Source: Hydrurus foetidus (lineage: Eukaryota). From it: 64,000 nucleotides of DNA. Below are positions 55,370 to 64,000 of the stretch, piece after piece. Positions within the stretch are counted from its first letter, which is position 1. Each line of letters begins with the position of its first letter. Location: NCBI GenBank assembly GCA_900617105.1, contig UYFQ01000600.1, positions 186,001 to 250,000 on the forward strand, written 5' to 3'. The notes beneath the pieces are model-generated. The model was given only the letters and a program-made list of their open reading frames with translations. It had not been told where the DNA came from and ran no database searches. The position numbers and the translations under genes were made by a program.

Positions 55370-55504
55370 ATGGCCATCAAGGCCTTCTTCGCCCTCGCCC
55401 TTGTCCTCGCTGTCACGATCGGCCTGCTGCTGCCGACCCCCGGCGCCAACAAGCCCCGCCCCACGCACTCGTCGATCGAGACGATCGACCTGCGACGCGG
55501 TTAG
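55370..55504 (+). CDS. Possible 44-aa small membrane or secreted protein
   Basis: MAIKAFFALALVLAVTIGLLLP hydrophobic helix. Confidence 0.4.
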   Translation: MAIKAFFALALVLAVTIGLLLPTPGANKPRPTHSSIETIDLRRG

Positions 55505-55949
55505 GGCTTGGGCTGAGCCGCCAGGATCGCCGTGTGCTCGGCGCAGCCCTTCAGCGTCTCGCCGTCGATCCACACCTCGGCATAGAACCGGTAGACGCGG
55601 TCCGACATGCCGTCGGTGCAGACGCCCGGCGTCAGGCGCACGACCACCCGGCCCTTGCCTGCCTCAACGCCGTTTGAATCCCACACGCCCTGCTGGCCGT
55701 CGATCCGCACGCCGGGATTGGCGTTGCTGACCTCGGGCGCGTCGGGACGGGTCAGGGCGACGCTGGCGGCGCGGATCTTCACCGCCCAGAACGGCTCTGT
55801 GCCAATCACGTCGATATCGCCGGCATAGTCGGGCGTCCTGGCCGAGGCCGGGGCGGCGGCGGCGGCGGGCTCTTCGAAGCGCCCATCGGCGCCTCGCCGC
55901 AGGCGGCCAGGGCCAGAAGCAGGATCGACAAGGCGGCTGTGCGAAACAT
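55501..55949 (-). CDS. COG3650-like lipoprotein (frameshift near 55830)
   Basis: LALAAC lipobox; GTEPFW, CTDGMSDR.Y, LKGCA. Confidence 0.8.
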
Positions 55950-55995
55950 GGCGGCGGCTATTCCCTGTTGCCCGACGAGGCTAGTCTCACACGGC

Positions 55996-57119
55996 ATGAC
56001 TCGAAAAGCCTCTCCCGCCTTCCTTGAATTCTTCGCCGGCGGCGGCATGGCCCGCATCGGGCTGGGAGACGGCTGGACCTGCGCCTTCGCCAATGACTTC
56101 GACCCGCTGAAGGCGGCCGCCTATCACGCCAATTTCGCCGACCCGTCCGAACATTTTCACCAGGGCGACGTCTGGGCCATCGAGGCCGACACCCTGCCGA
56201 ACGCCGACCTGGCCTGGGCCTCCAGCCCCTGCCAGGACTTCAGCCTGGCCGGGGCCCGCGCGGGCCTAACCGGCGGACGCTCCTCGGCCTTTTCGGCTTC
56301 TGGAGGCTGATGCAGACGTTGAACGCCGCCGGACGCGGGCCCGACACCATCGTCGTCGAGAACGTGGTGGGCCTGCTGACCTCGCATGAGGGCCGCGACT
56401 TCACCGCCCTGTGCCAGGCCCTGGCCGACGAAGGCTATCGCTTCGGGGCGCTGGAGATCGACGCGGCCCGGTTCACGCCGCAGTCGCGGCCGCGGGTCTT
56501 CGTGATCGCCACCCGCAGGCCGGTCGACGCCCTGGCCGGCCCCAGCCCGTTCCACAGTCGCGCGGTCAAGGCCGCCCAGGCCCGCCTGCCCGACGCCCTG
56601 CAGGCTGACTGGATCTGGTGGGGCCTGGACGCGCCGCCGGCCCGCAACACCGACCTTTCCGCCCTGCTGGAGCCCGACGACGCCGTCACCTGGAGCTCGC
56701 CCGAGCGAACCCGCAACCTGCTGGCCCTGATGGCCCCGGCCCATCGCGACGCCGTCGAGGCCCATGTGCAGCGCGGCCAGCGCGCGGTCGGGGCGGTGTT
56801 CAAGCGCATGCGGGACGGCCAGCAGCGGGCCGAGGCGCGGTTTGACGGCCTGGCCGGCTGCCTGCGCACCCCGCGCGGCGGCTCGTCGCGCCAGACCCTG
56901 CTGGTGATCGACCGGGGCGAGGTCCGCTCGCGCCTGATCAGCCCGCGCGAGGGCGCCCGCCTGATGGGCCTGCCCGATGCCTATGTGCTGCCCGGCAGCC
57001 AGACGGCCGGACTGCATGTCATCGGCGACGGCGTCGCCCCGCCGGTGGTGCGCTGGCTGGCAGCGCGCCTGCTGGAACCGCTGGTCGATAGCAAATCTGC
57101 AAGCCTTGCCGCCGAATGA
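55996..57119 (+). CDS. DNA cytosine-C5 methyltransferase, ScmA-like (frameshift near 56295)
   Basis: EFFAGGG (motif I), SPCQDFS (IV), ENV (VI), QSRPR (VIII), REGARLMG (IX), IGDGV (X). Confidence 0.92.
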
Positions 57120-57187
57120 CCCGCTGACAGGCCAAAACCCACGCCGTAAGGTGGCTTTTGACCCGCCAACCTTTCGCGAGAATCCCA

Positions 57188-57895
57188 ATGGCCGATGGCG
57201 CCCCCGCCTATGATGCCGCCCGCTACAAGCGTTCCGGGCGTGGCAAGATCTATGACTCGATCCTCGACACCATCGGCGACACCCCGCTGATCCGGCTGCC
57301 GCGCCTGTCGGCGCAGATCCAGCCCAAGGGCGAGGTCGTGGCCAAGCTGGAGTTCTTCAATCCGCTGGCCTCGGTGAAAGACCGCATCGGCGTCTCGCTG
57401 ATCGAGAGCCTGGAAGCCCAGGGCGTCCTGACCCCCGGCGACACCATCGTCGAGCCGACCAGCGGCAATACCGGTATCGCCCTGGCCTTCGTGGCCGCCG
57501 CCAAGGGCTACAAGCTGATCCTGGTCATGCCCGAAAGCATGTCGATCGAGCGCCGCAAGATGCTGCTGCTGCTGGGCGCCAAGCTGGAGCTGACCCCGGC
57601 CGAAAAGGGCATGCGCGGCGCCGTCGCCCGCGCCCAGGAGATCATCGAGGCCACGCCCGGCGCGGTGATGCCCCAGCAGTTCGAGAACGCCGCCAACCCG
57701 CTGATCCACCGCGTCTCGACCGCGGAAGAGATCTGGAACGACACCGCCGGCGCGGTGGACGCCGTGGTCTCGGGCGTCGGCACCGGCGGCACCATTTCGG
57801 GCATCGGACAGGTGCTGAAGGCCCGCAAGGCCTCGCTGAAGATGGTCGCGGTCGAGCCGGAAGCCTCGGCCGTGCTGTCGGGCGGCGCGCCCGGT

Positions 57896-57933
<38 letters not shown>

Positions 57934-58174
57934 GGGCATCCTGGATCGCGGCGTGATCGACGAGATCGTCCAGGTCAGCAATGACGACGCCTTCGCCATG
58001 GCCCGCCGCTCGGCCGCCGTCGAGGGCCTGCCGGTCGGCATCAGCTCGGGCGCGGCCCTGACCGCCGCCTTCGACCTGGCCCTGCGCGACGAATACGCCG
58101 GCAAGCTGATCGTGGCCATCATCCCCAGCTTCGCCGAACGCTACCTGTCCACGGCGCTGTTCGACGGACTGTAG
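57188..58174 (+). CDS. cysK: Cysteine synthase A
   Basis: NPLASVKDRIG, EPTSGNTG, GVGTGGT, HKIQGIG, ERYLST. Confidence 0.96.
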
Positions 58175-58184
58175 CTGAGCCCCG

Positions 58185-58640
58185 GTGACCGACGTCTATG
58201 ACCGGGCCAAGCGCTCCGCCGTCATGGCGCGGGTCAAGAGCCGGGACACCGGCCCCGAGCGGCTGCTGCGCAAGACGCTGACAGCGCTCGGGGCCCGCTA
58301 TCGCCTGCATCGCAAGGATCTGCCCGGCAAGCCCGACCTGGTGATGCCGGGCAGGACGCTGGCCTTCTTCGTCCACGGCTGTTTCTGGCACGGCCATGAC
58401 TGCGCGCGGGGTTCGCGCGTGCCCAAGGCCAACCGCGACTACTGGCTGGCCAAGGTGGCGCGCAACCGGGCGCGCGACGCCGCCGCCGCCCAAGCCCTGA
58501 CAGCGGCCGGCTGGCGGGTCGAAACGATCTGGGAATGCGAGATGAAGGACGCCGGGGCGCTGAAGGCCCGGCTGGCCCAGACCCTGGATCAGGCCGCGAC
58601 GCGGACGCCGCCGGCCAGCACCTGGGTGAGCGCCGTATAG
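58185..58640 (+). CDS. vsr: Very short patch repair endonuclease
   Basis: RSAVMARVKSRDTGPE, LPGKPD, FVHGCFWHGH, IWECE. Confidence 0.93.
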   Translation: MTDVYDRAKRSAVMARVKSRDTGPERLLRKTLTALGARYRLHRKDLPGKPDLVMPGRTLAFFVHGCFWHGHDCARGSRVPKANRDYWLAKVARNRARDAAAAQALTAAGWRVETIWECEMKDAGALKARLAQTLDQAATRTPPASTWVSAV

Positions 58641-60325
58641 AGCTCGATCGGATCAATCGGCTTGGCGACGTGAGCGTTCATGCCGGCGGCCAGACAGGCC
58701 TCCCAGTCCTTGGGCGTGGCCGAGGCGGTGACGGCAACCACCGGAGTGTCTTGATTGGGGCCCGCGCCGGCCCGCAAGATGCGGGTGGCTTCGCGACCGT
58801 CCATGCCCGGCATGTAGACATCCATCAGCACCGCGTCGAACACCTTGGTTCCCAGCAGTTCAAGGGCCTGCTCGCCGGACTCGGCCAGGGTGGCCTCGAC
58901 GCCGAAGGGCTGCAGCACCAGTTCGATGGCCCGGCGGTTGACCACGTGATCGTCGACCACCAGCACCCGCGCGCCGGCGATGGACGGGCCGCTGTCTTCG
59001 GCCTTCGGCGCCTCGGCGGCCCCGACGGTCAGGGTCAGGGTGAAGGTCGCGCCCTGCCCCTCCACGCTGCTGACGGCCAGATCGCCGCCCATCAGCCGGG
59101 CCAGTTCACGGCTGATCACCAGCCCCAGTCCCGAACCGCCATGCTGGCGAACCACACTGGTGCTCAGCTGCTCGAACGGTGTGAACAGCCGCGCCAGATT
59201 GGCCGGGGAAATCCCGGACCCGGTGTCGGCGATGGTGATCGTCAGGCGCTGCTCGCCGCCGTCTTGCCGACTGTCGAACCGCACCGTGATCACGCCCCGG
59301 TCCGTAAACTTGATGGCGTTGGAGAGCAGGTTATTGAGCACCTGGCGCAGCCGCAGCGCGTCGCCCGCCACCCATCTGGGCAGGGTCGCGGCGCCTTCGA
59401 TCCTGAGGCGAAGGCCCTTCTTGGTCAGTTCCGGCCGCCATAGCCGCAGGGTATCGGCCAGGGTCTGGCGCAGGTTGAACGGCGTCTTCTCGACGGCCAT
59501 GCGGCCGACATCCAGGCGCGAGAAGTCCAGCAGGTCGTTGAGCAGGGCCCGCATCAGGCCGCCGGCGTCCGAGATCAGCTGGGCGTGGATCTTGGAACTG
59601 GCCTCGGGAACATCGCTGTGAAGGCGCGCCGCCCCGGCCAGGATGGCGCTGATCGGGGTGCGGAGTTCATGGCTGATCATGGCCACGAAGGCCGACTTGG
59701 CGGCCACGGCCTCCTCGGCCTCATGTCGACGCAGCTCGGCCTCTTTCTTGGCGTCGGCCTCGGCCTTCAGGGCCGCATTGAGGGTGCGGCTGGCCACGGT
59801 GACCGATGCGATCAGCAGCAGGGCGCCCACCCACAGGGCGTTGGCGAGCGGCGCGTCCGGATTGGCCGCCCGGGCCACTATCGGCGCGGCCAGCAGATAC
59901 AACACATGGGGTCCAGCGGCCCACAGGGTCGCCGACCTCTGGCCGGCATTGACGACAATGACGTTGAGCAGCGCGCCGGCCAGCAGCATGCCGCCCAGGG
60001 TGGGGGCGAACCGCTGGTGCGAGGCGAAGAGCGGAAGGGCCAGGAAGCCGAAAATGGCCGCCGTGACGAAGGGCAAGGCCGTCAGCAACAGCCATCGCCA
60101 GCGCGCGGGCCGAACCTCGGGGTTGGCCAGAACCTCACGGGTAATCCAGAACTCGAGCGTCAGCGCCGCCAGATAGAGCCCGGCCCAGATCCACACCCAC
60201 TGCATATCGACGAAGACATACAGGATGACCGAAATGATCACCGTGGCGAACAAGCGCAGATAGAGGTTGGCGCGTCGCGAGCTTGCGGCGCGCGCCAAGT
60301 CGCTCTGCGGTTCGCTCACCCCCAT
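58589..60325 (-). CDS. Membrane-bound hybrid histidine kinase / response regulator
   Basis: About 6 TM segments, ISHELRTP, NAIKFT, GGSGLGL, C-terminal REC domain. Confidence 0.92.
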   Translation of the reverse strand: MGVSEPQSDLARAASSRRANLYLRLFATVIISVILYVFVDMQWVWIWAGLYLAALTLEFWITREVLANPEVRPARWRWLLLTALPFVTAAIFGFLALPLFASHQRFAPTLGGMLLAGALLNVIVVNAGQRSATLWAAGPHVLYLLAAPIVARAANPDAPLANALWVGALLLIASVTVASRTLNAALKAEADAKKEAELRRHEAEEAVAAKSAFVAMISHELRTPISAILAGAARLHSDVPEASSKIHAQLISDAGGLMRALLNDLLDFSRLDVGRMAVEKTPFNLRQTLADTLRLWRPELTKKGLRLRIEGAATLPRWVAGDALRLRQVLNNLLSNAIKFTDRGVITVRFDSRQDGGEQRLTITIADTGSGISPANLARLFTPFEQLSTSVVRQHGGSGLGLVISRELARLMGGDLAVSSVEGQGATFTLTLTVGAAEAPKAEDSGPSIAGARVLVVDDHVVNRRAIELVLQPFGVEATLAESGEQALELLGTKVFDAVLMDVYMPGMDGREATRILRAGAGPNQDTPVVAVTASATPKDWEACLAAGMNAHVAKPIDPIELYTALTQVLAGGVRVAA

Positions 60326-60541
60326 CGACGCCTCATCCCCCCGGCTTGACGCATGCGTAGTGCTACCGGCCAGTTTCAGCGCCGAAACCTGAGATGACGC
60401 GAAGCACCAGCATCCCGTCAATGGTCGAGTTGTCGACGTTTCCGTGGGGCGGCCGCAATTTTCGTGGCGAACCCGGCCTTCACGGGATTCACCAGAGGCA
60501 AATTCTACCCTAGCGGCGCGTGGCGCGCCAGTACCCGTTGA

Positions 60542-60820
60542 TCAGGGGCGGGGTCCAAACACGCGCTCGAGATCCGCCTCTTCAACGCCGTCGATCTCAA
60601 GCCGCTTGAGACGCGCGGTCGCGCCCGCCGCCAGCCGGACGGCGGATTTGGGGATTCGCAGACTCTTGGCGATAAAGCCGATCAGGGCGGCATTGGCCTC
60701 GCCCTCGACCGGGGCGCTGGTCACGCGCACCTTCAGATAGGGCCGGCCGTCAGCGTCCACGGCCCAGCCGTCTGCGCCGTCACGCCCGCCGCGCGGCGTC
60801 AGGCGGACGGCCAGCAGCAT
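60542..60820 (-). CDS. DUF167 / YggU family protein
   Basis: VRLTPRGG, PVEGEANAAL, GATARLK. Confidence 0.9.
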   Translation of the reverse strand: MLLAVRLTPRGGRDGADGWAVDADGRPYLKVRVTSAPVEGEANAALIGFIAKSLRIPKSAVRLAAGATARLKRLEIDGVEEADLERVFGPRP

Positions 60821-60823
60821 GGA

Positions 60824-61138
60824 TCAGCCCAGCAGGCCGATCAGCGCAAACTTCAGTGACGGCAACAGGATGTCTTTGACGCCGGTGATCAGCAACAGGA
60901 CGATGATCGCGCTGACATCCACCCCGCCCAGCGGCGGAATGATCCTCTGGAACGGCCGCAGCACAGGGCCGGTCACCCGGTCCAGGAATGTGCTGATCTG
61001 ATAGACGGCGCTGTTGCGCATATTGATCACGTCGAACGCCACCAGCCAGCTGAGAACTGCCGAGATGATGATGGCCCACCAGAGCAGGCTGAGCAGCGCG
61101 GAAGCGATGAAGAAGACAAAGGTGATAATGGCGGCCAT
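60824..61138 (-). CDS. YggT family membrane protein
   Basis: LSWLVAFDVIN, PVLRPFQRIIPPLGGVDVS. Confidence 0.92.
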   Translation of the reverse strand: MAAIITFVFFIASALLSLLWWAIIISAVLSWLVAFDVINMRNSAVYQISTFLDRVTGPVLRPFQRIIPPLGGVDVSAIIVLLLITGVKDILLPSLKFALIGLLG

Positions 61139-61211
61139 GGGTTTCCCGTCCGAGACTCCCGCTTCTTGCCGCGCCTTGCCCCCGCTGGCAAGCCAAGCTG
61201 CATTGCCCCGC

Positions 61212-61240
61212 TTGACGCAGGCCCCGCCCCGCCTTATTCC
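61212..61240 (+). promoter_or_regulatory. Sigma70-type promoter for tRNA-Ala
   Basis: TTGACG-N17-TATTCC. Confidence 0.55.
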
Positions 61241-61251
61241 CGCGCTTCCTT

Positions 61252-61271
61252 GGGGCCGTAGCTCAGTTGGT

Positions 61272-61310
<39 letters not shown>

Positions 61311-61327
61311 TCCCCTCGGCTCCACCA
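61252..61327 (+). tRNA. tRNA-Ala (anticodon CGC)
   Basis: 76-nt cloverleaf, GGGGCCG acceptor with G3-U70, TTCGA T-loop, encoded CCA. Confidence 0.97.
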
Positions 61328-61734
61328 AGGACCTCTCTGAAAAGACCCTTCCGGCGCCTCCCGGGGCCGGATGACGGCAACCTGGCGGGTTGGCGCCCTC
61401 GGTCGATTTCAGGGTCTGGTCGCCGCCTCCCGCCTGCGGCGGGGACGCCGGCGCTCTGCCGGCGGATGCTTAACGATCACGACGCCGCCACCCGGGCCGA
61501 ACTATTCGACGAAGACCCCGCGCGCCAGACGCAAGGCTAATCCACCTCCGGCCTTCGCAAGACATGCTCATGCCCCGTCACCCGTCCTCAGCGTCATACT
61601 GACGCAGGCCAGGCCCCAGGATGTGCGCGACGACTCGTCGCAGGCTCCGCACGGGTCGGTTAACGGGATATCCGCAGCCCCCGCGCCATGCTGACCAAGC
61701 GTTCGACAGACGTTCGGCGCGCCGGGGCAGTCAG

Positions 61735-62942
61735 ATGCACGCACAGTTCAGGACCAGCGTTCGCCGTCGCCGTCTCGCCCTGGGGATCAGTTCCGTGGCC
61801 GCCGCATCTGTGCTTGGCGCATCGAGCCTGGCGCTGGCGGACGACGCCCCATCGCCCGCGCTTGACCTGAGCATAGGCTACACCGCCGGCGTCACAGGCG
61901 TGATCGACGGCGGAATTTCGAGGCGCGGCCGCCTTCTCGACAATCTGGAGGTGGGCCTCGATCTGGATCTGGACAAGGCTGTCGGCTGGACCGGCGGATC
62001 AGCCCATCTGCTGGTGCTCAACAACAGCGGCGGCATACCCAATAACGACGCAGGACGGCCCAGGGCGTCGACAATATCGAGGTCTCGCGCCCGCGCACCC
62101 GCCTGTTTGAGGCCTGGGTGCAGCAGAGCTTCGCCGCCGACAGCGCCTCGGTGCGGATCGGCCTCTACGACCTCAACAGCGAATTCTACGCCAATGACAG
62201 CGCCGGACTGCTGATCGCCCCGGCCTTCGGCATCGGCTCGGAACTGGCCGCCACCGGCCCCAACGGCCCGTCGATCTTTCCCTCCACCGCCCTGGCCATC
62301 CGCCTGAAATGGGCGCCGCGCGAGGATCTCTACGTCCAGGCCGCCGCGCTGAACGCCGAGGCCGGCGTGCTGGGTGACCCCGACGGGATCGACACCTCGT
62401 TCGATAGCGGCGCCCTGCTGATCGCCGAGGCGGGCTGGGCCGGCTCCAGCAAACTGGCCATCGGGGCCTGGCGCTATACCCGCGAGCAGGACGACATCCG
62501 CGACCTGGACGCCGCCGGCGACCCGGCGCGCCGCAACGCCCACGGCGTCTATCTGCTGGCCGAGCATCCGCTGCACACGCGAACCGAAGGCCCGCGTCGC
62601 GGCGTCGCCTTCGCGCGCCTGGGCCTGTCAGATGGCGCCACCACCGACTTCTCGGGGGGCTGGCAGGCCGGGATCCTGATCCAGCAGGTCTTTGCAGGTC
62701 GCCCCGACAGCGCCCTGTCGTTCGGCGCCAACCAGGCCTGGTTCAGCGACAGGAGCCGCGCCAACGCCCTCGACGCCGGCACGTCCCTGCGCCGCTCCGA
62801 AGCGGCCCTGGAACTGACCTATGCCGATACGTTCGGCCCGATCACCCTGCAGCCCGACCTGCAATATGTGATCAACCCGGCCGGCGACGCGAGCATCGGC
62901 CACGCGGTCATCGCGGCCCTGCGGATCAGCGTCGGGTTCTAG
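61735..62942 (+). CDS. OprB family carbohydrate porin (frameshift near 62055)
   Basis: Signal peptide; GLYDLNSEFY, NGPSIFP, LQPDLQYVINP, terminal Phe. Confidence 0.88.
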
Positions 62943-62969
62943 ATCAAAGCGACAACCGCCCTCGCGATC

Positions 62970-62998
62970 TTGAATGTAAGGCATTTTTCCCTTACATT
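62970..62998 (+). promoter_or_regulatory. TA operon promoter with overlapping operator
   Basis: TTGAAT-N17-TACATT overlapped by 9-bp inverted repeat AATGTAAGG / CCTTACATT. Confidence 0.75.
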
Positions 62999-63018
62999 TT
63001 GGGTCAGGGAGACGCGAC

Positions 63019-63270
63019 ATGAATACGCTCACCGTCACCAGCAAGGGTCAGGTCACCCTTCGCAAGGGATTGCTCGACCACCTGGGCATTGGCCCCGGCG
63101 ACAAGATCACACTGAGCAAGCTGCCCGACGGGCGGATTGAGGTGAGGGCCGCGAAACCTGCCGGCAACATCGCCGATGCGTTCGACTTCCTGAAGCGCCA
63201 GGGCGGGCCATCCCTCTCCATCGAGGAGATGAACGCCATCGCCTCCCGCGGCTGGGCCGGCAAAAGGTGA
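63019..63270 (+). CDS. AbrB/MazE-type antitoxin
   Basis: TVTSKGQVTL...LGIGPGDKI. Confidence 0.9.
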   Translation: MNTLTVTSKGQVTLRKGLLDHLGIGPGDKITLSKLPDGRIEVRAAKPAGNIADAFDFLKRQGGPSLSIEEMNAIASRGWAGKR

Positions 63271-63665
63271 AGATCACCGCCGACACCAACATCCTCGTCC
63301 GGGCCATCACCGGAGACGATCCGCAGCAAAGCCCTCGGGCCCAGGTCGAACTGGCCAATGCAGAGCTTGTCGCCCTGACCCTGCCCGCTCTGTGCGAACT
63401 GGTGTGGGTGCTGTCCAGGGGCTATCGGGTCCCCGCGTCAGACATCGGCGAAGCCATCCAGCGGCTGATGAACGGCGCCAATGTCGTCGTCGACCGTCCG
63501 GCAGTGGAGGCTGGCCTGAGCGTGCTCAGGGCCGGCGGCGATTTTGCCGATGGCGTCATCGCCCATGAAGGCGGCTGGCTGGGCGCCGAGACCTTCGTGT
63601 CGTTCGACGACCAGGCCGTGAGGTTGCTGGACGCCCAGGGCCTGAGCGCGCGCTTCCCCGCGTGA
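63267..63665 (+). CDS. vapC: VapC / PIN-domain toxin
   Basis: ADTNILVR, ELVWVL, DFAD, SFD; GTGA overlap with the antitoxin. Confidence 0.9.
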   Translation: MKITADTNILVRAITGDDPQQSPRAQVELANAELVALTLPALCELVWVLSRGYRVPASDIGEAIQRLMNGANVVVDRPAVEAGLSVLRAGGDFADGVIAHEGGWLGAETFVSFDDQAVRLLDAQGLSARFPA

Positions 63666-63700
63666 GGCGGAAGTTCGCGGGCTGAAACGGTCCCGATGCA

Positions 63701-63734
63701 AAGCGGGCCCGCCGTGGATGCGGCGAGCCCGTTT
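63701..63734. terminator. Possible bidirectional terminator
   Basis: GCGGGCCCGCCG / CGGCGAGCCCGT stem between convergent genes. Confidence 0.5.
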
Positions 63735-63761
63735 GGTCGAACCTCTATCGGAAGCGTTGAA

Positions 63762-64000
63762 TCAGAACTCTTCCCACTCTTCCTTGACCGCAACGGCGGC
63801 CGAGCTGCGGCCCGGACGGACGGCGGTCTGCGGACGGGCGCGCGGCGGCGGCGCGGCGCGGTTGCCCGCCTGAGGGGGAGCCTGGGAGGCGGCCTGGGCC
63901 GCGCCACCGGCGGACACCTTGAACCGGCCCACCAGATTGGCGAGTTCGCTGGCCTCGCCCTTCAGGGCGTGGGTGGCGGCGGTGGCCTGTTCGACCATGG
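63762..64000 (-). CDS. Methyl-accepting chemotaxis protein, C-terminus (truncated by window edge)
   Basis: MVEQATAATHAL...LVGRF and terminal EWEEF CheR-docking-type pentapeptide. Confidence 0.88.
   Translation of the reverse strand, partial: MVEQATAATHALKGEASELANLVGRFKVSAGGAAQAASQAPPQAGNRAAPPPRARPQTAVRPGRSSAAVAVKEEWEEF

Noticed and set aside
55996..58640. Restriction-modification or sulfur-modification defence system
   Set aside because: No restriction nuclease or dnd/ssp genes; cysK is an ordinary cysteine synthase and Vsr is a repair enzyme
61252..61740. Prophage or ICE integrated at tRNA-Ala
   Set aside because: No integrase or att duplication visible in the window

Overview
GC-rich chromosomal window from a Caulobacteraceae alphaproteobacterium, most likely Caulobacter, judged from gene content and order. 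Most of it is core genome: dapE, glsA, truA-fmt-def-rmuC, gshA, rsmE, ppk2, ubiA, an SOS-boxed mmcA-like VOC gene, proA-nadD-rsfS-rlmH-envC/ldpF-ctpA-rppH, gdx with a guanidine-II riboswitch, the atpHAGD-orf-C operon, lemA/TPM genes, a TonB receptor, a thiolase, a C5-methyltransferase-cysK-vsr cluster, tRNA-Ala(CGC), an OprB porin and a vapBC-type toxin-antitoxin pair. More than 20 genes, including normally essential ones (fmt, atpA, ubiA), carry small indels. This points to an unpolished long-read assembly rather than real pseudogenes, so coordinates of those genes are reconstructed by eye. Intergenic spaces hold many palindromic REP/CIR-like elements: one is nested and one carries a cargo ORF. 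The most unusual area is 23.8-27.1 kb. It holds a PAS hybrid kinase gene flanked by 31-bp direct repeats, then a hairpin element, a REP, and a ~340-nt ORF-less, multi-stem candidate non-coding RNA that I cannot assign to a known family. All calls are from visual inspection and recalled family knowledge; no searches were run.
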